Source: Desulfurococcales archaeon
GTDB lineage: Archaea > Thermoproteota > Thermoprotei_A > Sulfolobales > NBVN01
Reading direction: 5' to 3'
Assembly: GCA_015521325.1 (NCBI GenBank)
Contig: WAOK01000002.1
Location: 901 to 64,900 of the forward strand
DNA: 64,000 bases
Below are positions 43,420-53,576 of the stretch, in pieces (the stretch's first letter is position 1; each line of letters begins with the position of its first letter). The notes under the pieces were generated by a model. It searched no databases. It saw nothing but the letters and a program-made list of their open reading frames with translations, and had not been told where the DNA came from. A program made the position numbers and the translations under genes.

Positions 43420-44703
43420 TTAAGCAAGCTCGATAACGTCCCCGTTGTTCGGTGTGATTGCCTCGATCCCCGCCTCCTCATTTATCTTCTGAGCTAGCAC
43501 CTCCCTAACACCAACATCGGAGTGTACCACAACGACTCTCTTCAACCCCTTCACACTCTTGACTATTTCCAGAAGCCCGTCCGCACCTGCATGGGAGCTG
43601 AAGTCGAACCACTGTACTCTGGCCTTCACTAGACCAAGGTCAAGGAACCTGCCTGTCTCTATTAGTTCCCGGCCAGGCGATGTCTCCGCCTGGTAAGAGA
43701 CCAGGAAGACAGCATTGGTTGGGTCATCCATCCACCTCTTCAGGTAGTACTGAGCTGGTCCACCCTTCAGCATGCCTGCCGTCGCAACTACCACGTTCTC
43801 GCTGCCCTTGCTTATCCTCCTCCTGTCACTGGATGACCTAACCATCCTGAACTGCTGCACAGCATTAGCTAGGAGGTCGTACCTGTTGAGGTACTCTGGG
43901 TAGGAGAGGATTATCCCGTTTATGACCCTCGTCATGCCGTCGAACCAGACGTGTGCCCAATCTAACCTTTCGTAGAGCAAAGCGAGGATCTCCTGCGACC
44001 TGCCGAGGCTGAACGCTGGTATAAGGACGTTCCCGCCCTCCTCGATCACCTCCTCGACAGCCTTCACGAACTCCTCCTCGATCTCTTTCCTGTCGGGGTG
44101 TGTGCTGGCACCGTATGTGCCCTCCGTTATCAGGTAGTCCGCCTCTATATCGGCCAGGTCAGGGGCTGTGACGAGCCTCGTGTCTATGGTGTTTACGTCG
44201 CCCGTATATAGTATTCTCGTGCCGCCGACGTCGACCAGGGTCATGGCGGAGCCGGGTATGTGCCCCGCGTTAAGGAGCTTAACCTTGAAGTCGCCCAGCT
44301 TAACATCTTTTCCGTAGTCCACCGCTATGGTGTTCTCTATCATAGATCGGACGTCCGATTGCTCGTACGGTGCGTAGTACCCGCTTATGTGGAGGAAGTC
44401 CTTCAGCATCACCCTAATGAGGTCCCTCGTCACCCTCGTCATCACGGCGGGGACCTTGTAGGTTGTGTAGAGGAAAGGAGCGGCGGCAGTGTGGTCTAGA
44501 TGAGCATGAGATAGCACTATGCCCTCAAGGTCTGTTGGGCGCACGTGCAGGGGGAACTGCGGCTTGTCCTCCTCGTCGAAGTTCACGCCGTAGTCAAGGA
44601 GGAGGCCCCTGCCTCGGTACCTGAGGAGGAGCGCGGCGCGCCCTACCTCTCCGCCGCTTCCCAGCACCTCTAGCTTTATTCCGTTTTCTTGCATCTTCCA
44701 CAC
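43420..44703 (-). CDS. beta-CASP metallo-beta-lactamase ribonuclease (aCPSF2-like)
   Basis: LSHAHLDH motif, beta-CASP-length insertion, C-terminal SSHAG motif. About 427 aa, as for the short archaeal CPSF group. Confidence 0.8.
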   Translation of the reverse strand: MWKMQENGIKLEVLGSGGEVGRAALLLRYRGRGLLLDYGVNFDEEDKPQFPLHVRPTDLEGIVLSHAHLDHTAAAPFLYTTYKVPAVMTRVTRDLIRVMLKDFLHISGYYAPYEQSDVRSMIENTIAVDYGKDVKLGDFKVKLLNAGHIPGSAMTLVDVGGTRILYTGDVNTIDTRLVTAPDLADIEADYLITEGTYGASTHPDRKEIEEEFVKAVEEVIEEGGNVLIPAFSLGRSQEILALLYERLDWAHVWFDGMTRVINGIILSYPEYLNRYDLLANAVQQFRMVRSSSDRRRISKGSENVVVATAGMLKGGPAQYYLKRWMDDPTNAVFLVSYQAETSPGRELIETGRFLDLGLVKARVQWFDFSSHAGADGLLEIVKSVKGLKRVVVVHSDVGVREVLAQKINEEAGIEAITPNNGDVIELA

Positions 44704-44795
44704 CTAGGCATTCAGGTACTGGAGAGCTAATAACGTTCTTTCATCTTTCCCCAGAACATAGGAAACGTTTATACATTCCTAGCACCCCATATCTA

Positions 44796-45206
44796 TTGGT
44801 GCAAATTTTGGCGAAGTCCCACGTCATCGTGGCCCGCTCCCCAGCCAAGTTCGAGGATGTTGTCAACGGGCTCCGCCAGATAGGTGAGGCATCATCAGTT
44901 CACGTGGAGTACTTCACCGGGCCTAAGAGGGCAGCGATCTTCATCGGTGAGAAGCTTTTCCTAAGAACAAGCTCCTGGGCATCATCAGTAACGATAGTTA
45001 AGGAGACAGACTCGGGGGTCATCGTAAGGGTCATAGCCACGGCTGGCGGCGGCGGTCTCCTCAATATTGGCTACGGCGCCAACAAGGCATACGCCAGAGA
45101 CATTATCAAGAACCTGAAAAGGTTCGTCCCGCTCGAGGTGGTTAGGGAGGTAGACGAGTACAACCTCAGTAAGTGGGGCCAGGTCTTCCTGCCAGGTGAG
45201 GTCTAA
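44796..45206 (+). CDS. hypothetical protein
   Basis: ORF with a TTG start about 30 nt downstream of GTTTATACATTCC. No motif recognised. Confidence 0.4.
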   Translation: MVQILAKSHVIVARSPAKFEDVVNGLRQIGEASSVHVEYFTGPKRAAIFIGEKLFLRTSSWASSVTIVKETDSGVIVRVIATAGGGGLLNIGYGANKAYARDIIKNLKRFVPLEVVREVDEYNLSKWGQVFLPGEV

Positions 45207-45256
45207 GGGATCAACAGTTTTAGTTGAAGCCCCGAACATCTTTTTGGGTTCCTTAA

Positions 45257-46765
45257 ATGAGCGGTAACGAGGTGTTCGTGACCCCAATAATTAAAGACAT
45301 CCTCCAGAAGTACCGCGTTATCTGGGCCATAGGTCATGCCACAGCGCTGATGGGGTGGGACCTCGAGGTCTACATGCCGCCCGCAGGTGTTAAGGAGAGA
45401 AGTGCTGCCTCAGCCGAGCTCGGCGTGCTTAGCCAGAAGCTCCTACTAGACCCGGAGTTCGTGTCCCTCGTCGAGAAGGCATCTGAGGCCGAGCTAGCGA
45501 ACGACTACGAGAGGGGCCTAGTGAGGGTGCTGAAGAGGGAGATCGATAAGATGAAGAAGATACCGCCGGAGATCCTCCGCGAACTTATTAAGACAACCGG
45601 TGAGGCCCAGGTTGTTTGGAGAGAGGCTAAGCAGAGGAGCGACTTCGGCATGTTCAAGCCATACCTCGAGAAAATCGTTGAGCTCGAGAGGAAAATAGCT
45701 GAGTACCTCGGGTACGAGGAACACCCATACGACGCACTCCTAGACTTCTATGAGGAGGGTGTGAGGGTCAGGGACCTCGACCCAGTCTTTCAGCAGCTTG
45801 AGTCGGAGCTGAGGAAGATCATTGAGAAGGTGCTGTCGGAGGGGCGCTTCCCCCAGTGGCACCCACTCGAGGACCTAGCGTATAGAAAGGAGGACCTGAA
45901 GGAGCTTAACCTAGCGACCCTCAAGTTGCTTGGGTACCCGCTCGGTGAGAGGGCCAGGCTCGATGAGTCAGCCCACCCCTTCACTCAGTCGATAGGAATA
46001 AACGACGTGAGGATAACCACGAGGTATGAGGGAAAGGACTTTAAGCGCTCCTACCTAGCGGTTATCCACGAGTTCGGGCACGCCCTCTACGAGCTGCAGA
46101 TTGATGAGAGGCTCGCCATGACGCCGCTGGCCAGCGGGGTGAGCCTCGGGATCCATGAGAGCCAGTCGAGGTTCTGGGAGAACATCATCGGAAGGAGTAT
46201 GGCGTTCGTGACCACGGTCTACCCGCTGATTGAGAAGTACCTCCCGTTCGTGAGCGGGTACGGGCCGGATGAGGTGTTCCTGTACTTCAATGTCGTCAGG
46301 CCGAGCCTCATACGTGTTGAGGCTGACGAGGTCACGTACAATATGCACATAGTGCTGAGGTACAGGCTGGAGAAGGCCCTCATAGAGGGGAGCATGGACG
46401 TCTCCGACCTCCCGAGCGCCTGGAATGACCTCATGGACAAGCTCCTCGGTGTCAGGCCCAGAAACGATGCTGAGGGCGTCCTCCAAGACATTCATTGGAG
46501 CATGGGGAGCATAGGTTACTTCCCAACCTATACCCTAGGCACGCTAGCGGCAGCGCAGATAGCTGAAGCCGCTGAAAGAGAGTTAGGCAGTTTAGAGGAT
46601 CTGATCAGGGAGAAGGAGTTCGGCAGGCTGAGAGATTGGCTTAGGGAGAAGATTCATAGATGGGGTGCCACCTACCCACCAAAGGAGCTACTACGGCGGG
46701 CTGTGGGCTCTGAGTACAGTGCTGAGCCATTCATAAGGTATATTAAGAATAAGTACCTATACTGA
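45257..46765 (+). CDS. M32 carboxypeptidase (Taq-type thermostable carboxypeptidase)
   Basis: HEFGHALYE zinc site, IHESQSRFWEN, and the DIHWS...GYFPTYTLG motifs. Confidence 0.9.
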   Translation: MSGNEVFVTPIIKDILQKYRVIWAIGHATALMGWDLEVYMPPAGVKERSAASAELGVLSQKLLLDPEFVSLVEKASEAELANDYERGLVRVLKREIDKMKKIPPEILRELIKTTGEAQVVWREAKQRSDFGMFKPYLEKIVELERKIAEYLGYEEHPYDALLDFYEEGVRVRDLDPVFQQLESELRKIIEKVLSEGRFPQWHPLEDLAYRKEDLKELNLATLKLLGYPLGERARLDESAHPFTQSIGINDVRITTRYEGKDFKRSYLAVIHEFGHALYELQIDERLAMTPLASGVSLGIHESQSRFWENIIGRSMAFVTTVYPLIEKYLPFVSGYGPDEVFLYFNVVRPSLIRVEADEVTYNMHIVLRYRLEKALIEGSMDVSDLPSAWNDLMDKLLGVRPRNDAEGVLQDIHWSMGSIGYFPTYTLGTLAAAQIAEAAERELGSLEDLIREKEFGRLRDWLREKIHRWGATYPPKELLRRAVGSEYSAEPFIRYIKNKYLY

Positions 46766-46781
46766 TTTTTCGGCTTGACCC

Positions 46782-47279
46782 CTAAGGTATAAGGTCGAGG
46801 AAGTAGTCCTTCAGCAACTCCTCAACGACATGAGTTATTCTATAGGCCTTGACCTCCATTCCCGCTAACCTTCCTGTCTCAAGGCTCTCCTTCAGCATCA
46901 AGGCCATATAGGTGTATATTGATATTCTCTCGTCCCCTAGATACCTCAGTAAGTACCTAGCGCCCTTTTCCATGTTCTCCCTAACGATCTGCTCGACATT
47001 ATTAACTATCCACATAACGTCCTTCACTTCCTCAACCTTCAGCTTCTTCTTTCTCGTGAGTTGCCTCATTCTCTCCTCTGCTACGTACCTTATGATGAGC
47101 ATTTCGAGCATAACCTGCCAGAGCTCTATAGCTTTCTGGACAGCATCCTCTATGAAGCCGTCTTCTATATCCGCCCTAACCTCATCAATGAGCTCCAGCG
47201 CCCTCTCGACCTTGTTAACTAATTTGTTCTCGATAAGCCACTTGAGCTCTTCCAGTGCCCTCTCGACCTCCTCCTTCAA
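46782..47279 (-). CDS. hypothetical all-helical protein (PaREP1/HEPN-like impression only)
   Basis: TTG start. Internal repeat VERALEEL / VERALELI. Helical, charged. No firm family call. Confidence 0.4.
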   Translation of the reverse strand: MKEEVERALEELKWLIENKLVNKVERALELIDEVRADIEDGFIEDAVQKAIELWQVMLEMLIIRYVAEERMRQLTRKKKLKVEEVKDVMWIVNNVEQIVRENMEKGARYLLRYLGDERISIYTYMALMLKESLETGRLAGMEVKAYRITHVVEELLKDYFLDLIP

Positions 47280-47404
47280 CCTGATCCCTCCAGAGCCACA
47301 AAACCCGCCTACTTAGAATGTGCGTGGAAGCAGAAAAGAAGTTAACTCGGCGCTCGATCGCAATGGGCTAGGGAGCGAATGAAAGCGTGCAGCGAGTATA
47401 GGTA

Positions 47405-47428
47405 AGGAAAAATCGGGGTTAGGATTCG
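47405..47428 (-). terminator. probable oligo-T terminator of gdhA
   Basis: On the coding strand, CCCCGATTTTTCC follows directly after the gdhA stop (plus-strand A5 at 47408-47412). Confidence 0.35.
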
Positions 47429-48700
47429 TTAGAGCCAGCCCCTCAGCTTCATAGCTGTGTAGACCCTCTCGACAGCGAGGACGAAGGCCGCGTCCCTCAT
47501 CGTCACTATGAAGTCCTTCTCCGACTTCAGCTTCTCCCACCTGTCGGCTGTGCGGTGGAAGTTCCTCTTCATGATGGCGGCGAGCTTGTTCCTGGTCTCC
47601 TCCTCGTCCCAGAAGTACCACTGGAGGTTCTCGACCCACTCTAGGTAGGACATTATGACGCCGCCGGCGTTAGCGAGGATGTCCGGCACGACGGCCACGA
47701 AGTCCTTCCTCTCGTACAGTTTCTTCTCGGCGTCCGGGGTGGTCGGGCCGTTCGCTGCCTCGACGATGAGCTTGGCCTTGACCTTGTCGACGTTCTCGGC
47801 GGTGATGACGTTCTCGATAGCGGCCGGGATGAGTATGTCGGCGTCTACGTAGAGCGGGACGTCGCTGTCGCCTGGGAACTTCTGGCCCTTCGGGTAGTTG
47901 ATGACCTTCCTGGTCTCGTTCTTGACCTTCATCGCTAGCTCGACATCGATGCCCTCGGGGTCGTAGACCGAGCCAGAGGTGTCGCTGATGGCCACTACCT
48001 TAGCGCCCCACTTGGTGGCCCAGAGTGCGGCGTACTGGCCTGCGTTGCCGAAGCCGTGGATGGCTATGGTCTTGCCCTCGAAGCCGCCTAGCCACCTCTC
48101 AGCAGCCTCCTTGGCAGCGACGACCGCGCCGAAGCCGGTGGAGTAGATCCTCACGGGGTTGCCCCAGAGCTCCGGTGGCTTGGCGGTGAAGACGCCGGGC
48201 ACGTTGTAGCCCTTGAGCTTGCTGTACTCGTCAACCATCCAGGCCATGATCTGTGGGTTGGTGTTCACGTCGGGGGCGGGTATGTCGATCTGGTCGCCGA
48301 TGAGTGGGGCGATCGCCCTAGCGTAGCCCCTTGAGAGCTGCTCGAGCTCCCTCTTGGAGAGCTTCTTCGGGTCAACCCTTACGGCGCCCTTACCGCCGCC
48401 GTAGGGTATGCCAGCGAGGGAGTTCTTGAGGGTCATGCCGAGGGCGAGCGCCATGTCGGTCTCGAGGGTGACCTCGGGGTGGAACCTGATGCCGCCCTTG
48501 TATGGGCCGAGGGCGTTGTTGTGCTGAACCCTGTAGCCCTCGAAGATCTCTAGCCTGCCGTCGTCCATCCTGACGGGGATCTTCACAATGAGGATCCTGT
48601 CGGGCTTGCTGAGGTACTTGTAGACTTCCTCGGGGAAGCCGCCGAGTTCGACAGCCTCTTTTAGTACCTTAAGCATCCACTCAAGGTAGGACTCTGCCAT
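47429..48700 (-). CDS. gdhA: glutamate dehydrogenase
   Basis: [18 protein letters not shown], and dinucleotide fold [10 protein letters not shown]. Confidence 0.92.
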   Translation of the reverse strand: MAESYLEWMLKVLKEAVELGGFPEEVYKYLSKPDRILIVKIPVRMDDGRLEIFEGYRVQHNNALGPYKGGIRFHPEVTLETDMALALGMTLKNSLAGIPYGGGKGAVRVDPKKLSKRELEQLSRGYARAIAPLIGDQIDIPAPDVNTNPQIMAWMVDEYSKLKGYNVPGVFTAKPPELWGNPVRIYSTGFGAVVAAKEAAERWLGGFEGKTIAIHGFGNAGQYAALWATKWGAKVVAISDTSGSVYDPEGIDVELAMKVKNETRKVINYPKGQKFPGDSDVPLYVDADILIPAAIENVITAENVDKVKAKLIVEAANGPTTPDAEKKLYERKDFVAVVPDILANAGGVIMSYLEWVENLQWYFWDEEETRNKLAAIMKRNFHRTADRWEKLKSEKDFIVTMRDAAFVLAVERVYTAMKLRGWL

Positions 48701-48880
48701 GTTGTTTACCCGTTTATATAGGGGGGCGGGGTTATTTAAAAGTGCGTTAACATCGTATTAACCCATAATTACATGAAGACGTATTGTTTAAACAAACATA
48801 AGCATGCTAAAGAGAGCATCAAGACACATATGAAACACTAAGAAATTAAGGGCGAACCAATTAACACTGGGCCAGCGGGG
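48701..48880. promoter_or_regulatory. AT-rich divergent promoter region (gdhA leftward, hel308 rightward)
   Basis: TATA-like CTATATAAAC and CTTTTAAATAAC on the gdhA strand. A perfect 12-bp palindrome TTGTTTAAACAA lies at 48784-48795. Confidence 0.45.
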
Positions 48881-51013
48881 TTGAGGAACGACTTAACGCC
48901 GTTAAAGGATACGGGGCTGCCTGGGCACATAGCGGCGATGCTTGAGAGAATGGGCTATAAGGCCCTAACACCGCCGCAAGTCGACGCTGTGAGGGCTGGT
49001 GTGGCTGAAGGTGCCGACGTTGTGGTGGCGGCCCCGACCGCCTCGGGTAAGACCCTCATAGGTTACATAGCCATGCTTAAGGCCGTGTCCGAGGGAGGGA
49101 AGGCCGTCTACGCCACACCACTGAAGGCGCTGGCCGAGGAGAAGTTCGAGGACCTTAAGCAGTGGGGTGACAGGCTCGGTTTCCGTGTCGGCATAACAAC
49201 AGGAGACTATGACTCTCCCGGGGAGTGGCTGAGGAGTTATGACGTGATCGTCGCTACCTACGAGAGGCTCGACTCCCTCTTCAGGCTCAGGCCATCATGG
49301 CTATCCAGCGTCTCTACATTAGTAGTAGACGAGTTCCACATGATAGGTGACCAGAAGAGGGGTCCCGTCGTCGAGCTGGTTACGGTGAGGGCCAAGGATT
49401 ACGGGATGCAGGTTGTCGGACTATCAGCGACGATAGGTAATCCCGAGGAGCTGGCTGAATGGTTGGGGGCTGAGGCCGTCGTAAGTGGGTGGAGACCCGT
49501 CGACCTTGTTGAGGGATGGTATAGGAGGAGGGCGCCGGGGAGGGGCGAGATAATCTTCACAACCGGGCATAGGGAGCCCGTGAAGGGCGACCTCTACGCG
49601 TTCACAGCCCATAAGGCAAGGGCTGAGGGCTGGCAAGCCCTTGCATTCATACACTCGAGATCGAGGGTCGAGTCAACTGCTGTGAGAGTGGCCAAGACAA
49701 TGCCACAAGTATGGGGGAGGGCAGCGGAATTCCTTGAGGAGCACGGAGCCACGAAGACTGAGGTGAAGTCCCTCGCACCCCTCATGGAGAGGGGGGTCGC
49801 ATACCACCACGCAGGTCTCTCACAGGGTGCTAGGAAGGCCGTTGAGGAGGCGTTCAGGGAGGGCAGGATATACTTCGTCGTCGCTACCCCGACGCTTGCG
49901 GCCGGCGTCAACATGCCTGCGAGAAGGGTGCTGGTGAGCGTGAGGAGGTACTCCGCAGGGTACGGCATGGTCTACATATCAGTTGCCGAGTACAAGCAGA
50001 TGGCGGGAAGGGCCGGTAGGCCGCAGTACGACCCAATAGGTGAGGCCGTCATAGTCGATGCACGCGGGGAGGACAGCGCCCACACCTACATATACGGTTA
50101 CCCCGAGCCAGTAACCTCATCCCTTACGAGCAGGAGGAACCTCAGGATACATGTCCTGGCCACGGTTGCCTCTGGGTATGCAAAGGATACTACCGAACTA
50201 TACAGGTTCTTCTCAAGGACGTTCGCCGCCCACAAAGTCGGCGATGCACTGGAGGATCATGTTAAGTGGACCATTGATTGGCTAATTGAGGAAGGCTTCA
50301 TGAACGTGAGAGGGAGGGCGCTCGAACCCACGCCTCTCGGGTCCGCCGTAGCAAGGCTGTATATAGACCCGTTCACGGCGTTTGCCCTGAGGGACTTGCT
50401 TAAGGACGCGCCTTTCCCGGCAGGGGATCTGTACTACCTTCATGCGGCCGCCATGACCCCTGACTTCTCGGACGTCCGCGTAATCAAGTACAGCGCCCTC
50501 GAGGAGGACGCGTTCGCTGCACTTGATTCTGGGGCCATACCCGACCAACCTGACTGGCTCAGCTTCAATGAGTGGTTAAGGGCGTACAAGCTTGCCCTAA
50601 TTCTGAAGTCCTGGATAGAGGAGGCGCCGATAGACGAGATCGTGACTAGGTACGGAATTGGGGCCGGAGACCTGAGGGTATACGTGGACACAGCGTCCTG
50701 GATCGTGACGGCTATGTCAAAGATCATTAGGTACCTAAATCCCGAGAGTGTAAGAAAACATGGAACGCCTCTGGCCAAGCTCGCTATGAGAATAGAGCAC
50801 GGCGTGAAGGAAGAGTTACTCGACCTTGTCCGTATACGCTATGTTGGCAGAGTTAGGGCTAGGGCGCTTTACAGAGCTGGCTTCCGAAACGTCGCTGATG
50901 TTGCCTCCGCTGATCCGGGGACTATTGCGAGGATCGCCGGTATTGGGCCCAAACTCGCGAGCGAGATAGTGGCATCTGCTAAGGAAATACTCACTCAAGG
51001 AGGAGGGGCTTAA
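48881..51013 (+). CDS. hel308: Hel308/Hjm-type Ski2-like DNA helicase
   Basis: Walker A AAPTASGKT, DEFH box, SAT motif, HHAGL, QMAGRAGR. About 710 aa with a C-terminal HhH-like domain. Confidence 0.88.
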   Translation: MRNDLTPLKDTGLPGHIAAMLERMGYKALTPPQVDAVRAGVAEGADVVVAAPTASGKTLIGYIAMLKAVSEGGKAVYATPLKALAEEKFEDLKQWGDRLGFRVGITTGDYDSPGEWLRSYDVIVATYERLDSLFRLRPSWLSSVSTLVVDEFHMIGDQKRGPVVELVTVRAKDYGMQVVGLSATIGNPEELAEWLGAEAVVSGWRPVDLVEGWYRRRAPGRGEIIFTTGHREPVKGDLYAFTAHKARAEGWQALAFIHSRSRVESTAVRVAKTMPQVWGRAAEFLEEHGATKTEVKSLAPLMERGVAYHHAGLSQGARKAVEEAFREGRIYFVVATPTLAAGVNMPARRVLVSVRRYSAGYGMVYISVAEYKQMAGRAGRPQYDPIGEAVIVDARGEDSAHTYIYGYPEPVTSSLTSRRNLRIHVLATVASGYAKDTTELYRFFSRTFAAHKVGDALEDHVKWTIDWLIEEGFMNVRGRALEPTPLGSAVARLYIDPFTAFALRDLLKDAPFPAGDLYYLHAAAMTPDFSDVRVIKYSALEEDAFAALDSGAIPDQPDWLSFNEWLRAYKLALILKSWIEEAPIDEIVTRYGIGAGDLRVYVDTASWIVTAMSKIIRYLNPESVRKHGTPLAKLAMRIEHGVKEELLDLVRIRYVGRVRARALYRAGFRNVADVASADPGTIARIAGIGPKLASEIVASAKEILTQGGGA

Positions 51014-51866
51014 CACCTCTCTCGTCAACTAGGGCGACTGACGTGGGGTAACCGTAGTACCTGCACGTGAATATGTTGAGGATTAGGCCCCCGTGATAGT
51101 ATGCGAATCCCTTCGGGGCTGGTTCGTGCGACCTGATTATGCCCTTTAGTGAGTTCTCCTCAATGAACGCCTTAGTGACGTCGGGCCCGAAGAGATATGA
51201 GCCCGGCCCCCTGTGCCCCGGTATGAACCCCTTTATTTGGTCGCTCGGGTCGTTCCACAGGATCTGATACTCGACCTCGTTCCCTTCGGGAAGAGGCTCC
51301 ACCAACCCCTTCCTCAGGCCCATGAAGTCAGCGAGTCTCGAAGCACCCTTGGGTAGGCCGCCATGAATTCCGAGGTAGCCCCCTATTAGCGCCGCGTAAG
51401 GGAGGCCTGCAAACATGCGTAAGAACCTGTCGTAGATAGTGCCCCAGGCATTGGGGTATATCCTGGCAAGCGTCTTACGGAACCCGTACCTAAATGATAT
51501 TGACCAAGTTTCATGGTTGCCCCTTATCATGAAGTACTTGTCGGGGTCACTAAGCCTCAGTCTCATAAGCTCCACGATCACCTCATGCTGATGCGGTCCC
51601 CTATCAACGTAGTCACCAAGGAAGACGACCCTACATTCAGGTCCACAGTACTTACCAGCAGCTGAGAGGGCTTTGAGGAGCGACAAGTAATCACCGTGGA
51701 GGTCGCCAACAACAAGTGCCGGGGGCTCCACGACTATGAGTGGGGGGAGGGGCGCTATTGATTCTATCATTTCGTCTATTAATTCAAGTAACTCGTTTTC
51801 ACCTACCAAGCTCGGGGGCAGGACAGGCTTGTGCACGGCGTCATCATATGACGCTCTCATAACCAT
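50991..51866 (-). CDS. PPP-family Ser/Thr protein phosphatase (PP1-arch type)
   Basis: GDLHGD, GDYVDRG, RGNHE motifs. Confidence 0.85.
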   Translation of the reverse strand: MVMRASYDDAVHKPVLPPSLVGENELLELIDEMIESIAPLPPLIVVEPPALVVGDLHGDYLSLLKALSAAGKYCGPECRVVFLGDYVDRGPHQHEVIVELMRLRLSDPDKYFMIRGNHETWSISFRYGFRKTLARIYPNAWGTIYDRFLRMFAGLPYAALIGGYLGIHGGLPKGASRLADFMGLRKGLVEPLPEGNEVEYQILWNDPSDQIKGFIPGHRGPGSYLFGPDVTKAFIEENSLKGIIRSHEPAPKGFAYYHGGLILNIFTCRYYGYPTSVALVDERGVKPLLLE

Positions 51867-51881
51867 TATTCACTCACCTCA

Positions 51882-52472
51882 TCACCACCGTGCACCTAAG
51901 ACCTCTCTCAACTTTCTTAATAGGTCCTCCGGGGTTTTACCAACCCTATCATCTCCTGATATTCTTATAAACCGGAGACCCAATCCCTTCGCCGCCTCAG
52001 CATCCCACGGCGTGTCACCAAAGAAGATCGCGTGGCTTGGCCCTACTTGGAGCAACCTAAGAACAATGGCCAGTTGCTCGTCCCGTCTTGGTGTATGATC
52101 CCTGGTCACGAGCACATCGACGATATCCTTAACACCGAGACGCTCGAGAACCTTAGAAGCAGTTCCACCGCCTCTTAGTGAAACGACAGCGACTATGTAT
52201 CCGAATTGCTTAGCCCTCATGAGTAGATGCTTCAGTTCAGGATCTACCCCTATGCTCGCGAGGCTCGATTCCTCAGCATCCCTGACGATGTCCTCGAGCA
52301 TCTCCCTTGTTTCCTTTGGGAGAATTGAGAGCACCTCCGCTAATGGCTTACCGTCAACTTCAACACCGGCGAACCTCGTGAACAGCTCCCGGATCCTTCT
52401 CCAGTCTATCCCCGAGTTCACCAGTGTCCCGTCTATGTCGAATATCAGCACTTTCCTAGTCCTCAACATCAT
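51882..52472 (-). CDS. HAD-superfamily hydrolase
   Basis: Motif I IFDIDGTLV and motif IV FFGDTPWD. Confidence 0.75.
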   Translation of the reverse strand: MMLRTRKVLIFDIDGTLVNSGIDWRRIRELFTRFAGVEVDGKPLAEVLSILPKETREMLEDIVRDAEESSLASIGVDPELKHLLMRAKQFGYIVAVVSLRGGGTASKVLERLGVKDIVDVLVTRDHTPRRDEQLAIVLRLLQVGPSHAIFFGDTPWDAEAAKGLGLRFIRISGDDRVGKTPEDLLRKLREVLGARW

Positions 52473-52538
52473 CAGCGCTAGACCTCATCATGGATGCGGT
52501 TTTAAACTATATTTTGGTCTTTCAGACACCTTAAGACG

Positions 52539-53576
52539 GTGTGGTGTTTGTATAAGAGCACGGCCCCGTCCACCCCACTACCCCAGCCGCCAACGCCTCC
52601 ACCACCACCTCCTGAGGAGGAGATAGTTGAGCACTTCGAGTGCCCGAATTGTGGGGCACCGATAGAGATAACCCCGGACACGCTCGTAATTGTTTGCAAG
52701 TACTGCGGGTACACAGAATTCAGAGATCCCGGGTATGAGGTCTACGTGCTCAAGGCGCTGGATAAGGCAGAGATCGAGCGCAGATTCTGGGAGAGGATGA
52801 AGAAAGACCCCGATATGGCTCCGCATGTAGGGGACATACAGATAGTAGATACCACATTTATCTACACACCGTTTTACTTAGCGGACTACGATGCAGAATG
52901 GTATTACATAGGCGAGAAAACAAAGACCGAGGTACACGGCAGCGGAAAAAACGCTAGGGTAGTAACCAAGGTGATTAAGGTTCGGGGCAGTGGGAGCGAG
53001 TCCGGCAGGATAGCCATACCGGGGAGGAGGTACGTTGAGGAACTCGGCATGAAGGAGCTCGGCGATGCTATAGAGCAGGTCGACGAAAAAACCCTCATCC
53101 CGGCCAAGGAATACAACTGGGAGAAATACATAGAGGCGGTACTGGGCTTCGATTACGAACCTAGGGAGATACCTCAGATGGTCAAAGACATTGTTGCGGA
53201 GGAGATTAAGAGAAGGATCTATAAGGAGAAAAACCTAACGAAAATGTTGGCTTTCCTTTGTAGAGTCAAGACAAAGTCTGTTAGAGCAATACTTGCGCCG
53301 ATTTATGTGATAACATACAAACTCAAGGGAGGCATTTACGGAATAGCATTCTCAGGATTCGATGGTAGGCAGCTGGTGGCTATGGAGCCAGTCTTCACGA
53401 AACACATGATTGAATACACTGCAGGTGCCGCAGCGCTTGCATCTCTAGGTGCAGCTGCTGCTGCGCTGGCGGCCGCCGTCCAGGAGGTACACATACTGAT
53501 CGTTCCTATTCTAAGCCTTCTTGGGGGGTTCTACTTAATGCATAAGGCCGTCGGGGGTGTGAGGTTTGAGCGCTGA
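52539..53576 (+). CDS. zinc-ribbon protein with Pro-rich N-terminus and C-terminal Ala/Gly-rich TM anchor (unknown function), paralog 1
   Basis: CPNCG...CKYCG ribbon, then a central region of about 230 aa, then IYVITYKLKGGIYGIAFSGFDGRQLV, then TM helices. GTG start about 25-30 nt after GTTTTAAACTATATTTTGG. Confidence 0.55.
   Translation: MWCLYKSTAPSTPLPQPPTPPPPPPEEEIVEHFECPNCGAPIEITPDTLVIVCKYCGYTEFRDPGYEVYVLKALDKAEIERRFWERMKKDPDMAPHVGDIQIVDTTFIYTPFYLADYDAEWYYIGEKTKTEVHGSGKNARVVTKVIKVRGSGSESGRIAIPGRRYVEELGMKELGDAIEQVDEKTLIPAKEYNWEKYIEAVLGFDYEPREIPQMVKDIVAEEIKRRIYKEKNLTKMLAFLCRVKTKSVRAILAPIYVITYKLKGGIYGIAFSGFDGRQLVAMEPVFTKHMIEYTAGAAALASLGAAAAALAAAVQEVHILIVPILSLLGGFYLMHKAVGGVRFER

Noticed and set aside
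47280-47428. Possible structured ncRNA in the non-AT-rich gap downstream of gdhA. The track also shows ORF 47313..47639 here.
   Set aside because: No C/D or H/ACA boxes or convincing stems found by eye. The ORF overlaps the gdhA 3' end in antisense and translates to low-complexity sequence. Left as a low-interest note only.
52575-52620. CCA/CCT-rich run (ccaccaccacctcct), considered as a microsatellite or slippery repeat.
   Set aside because: It is in frame and encodes the PPTPPPPPPEEE low-complexity linker of zinc-ribbon paralog 1. It is too short and imperfect to call a tandem repeat.
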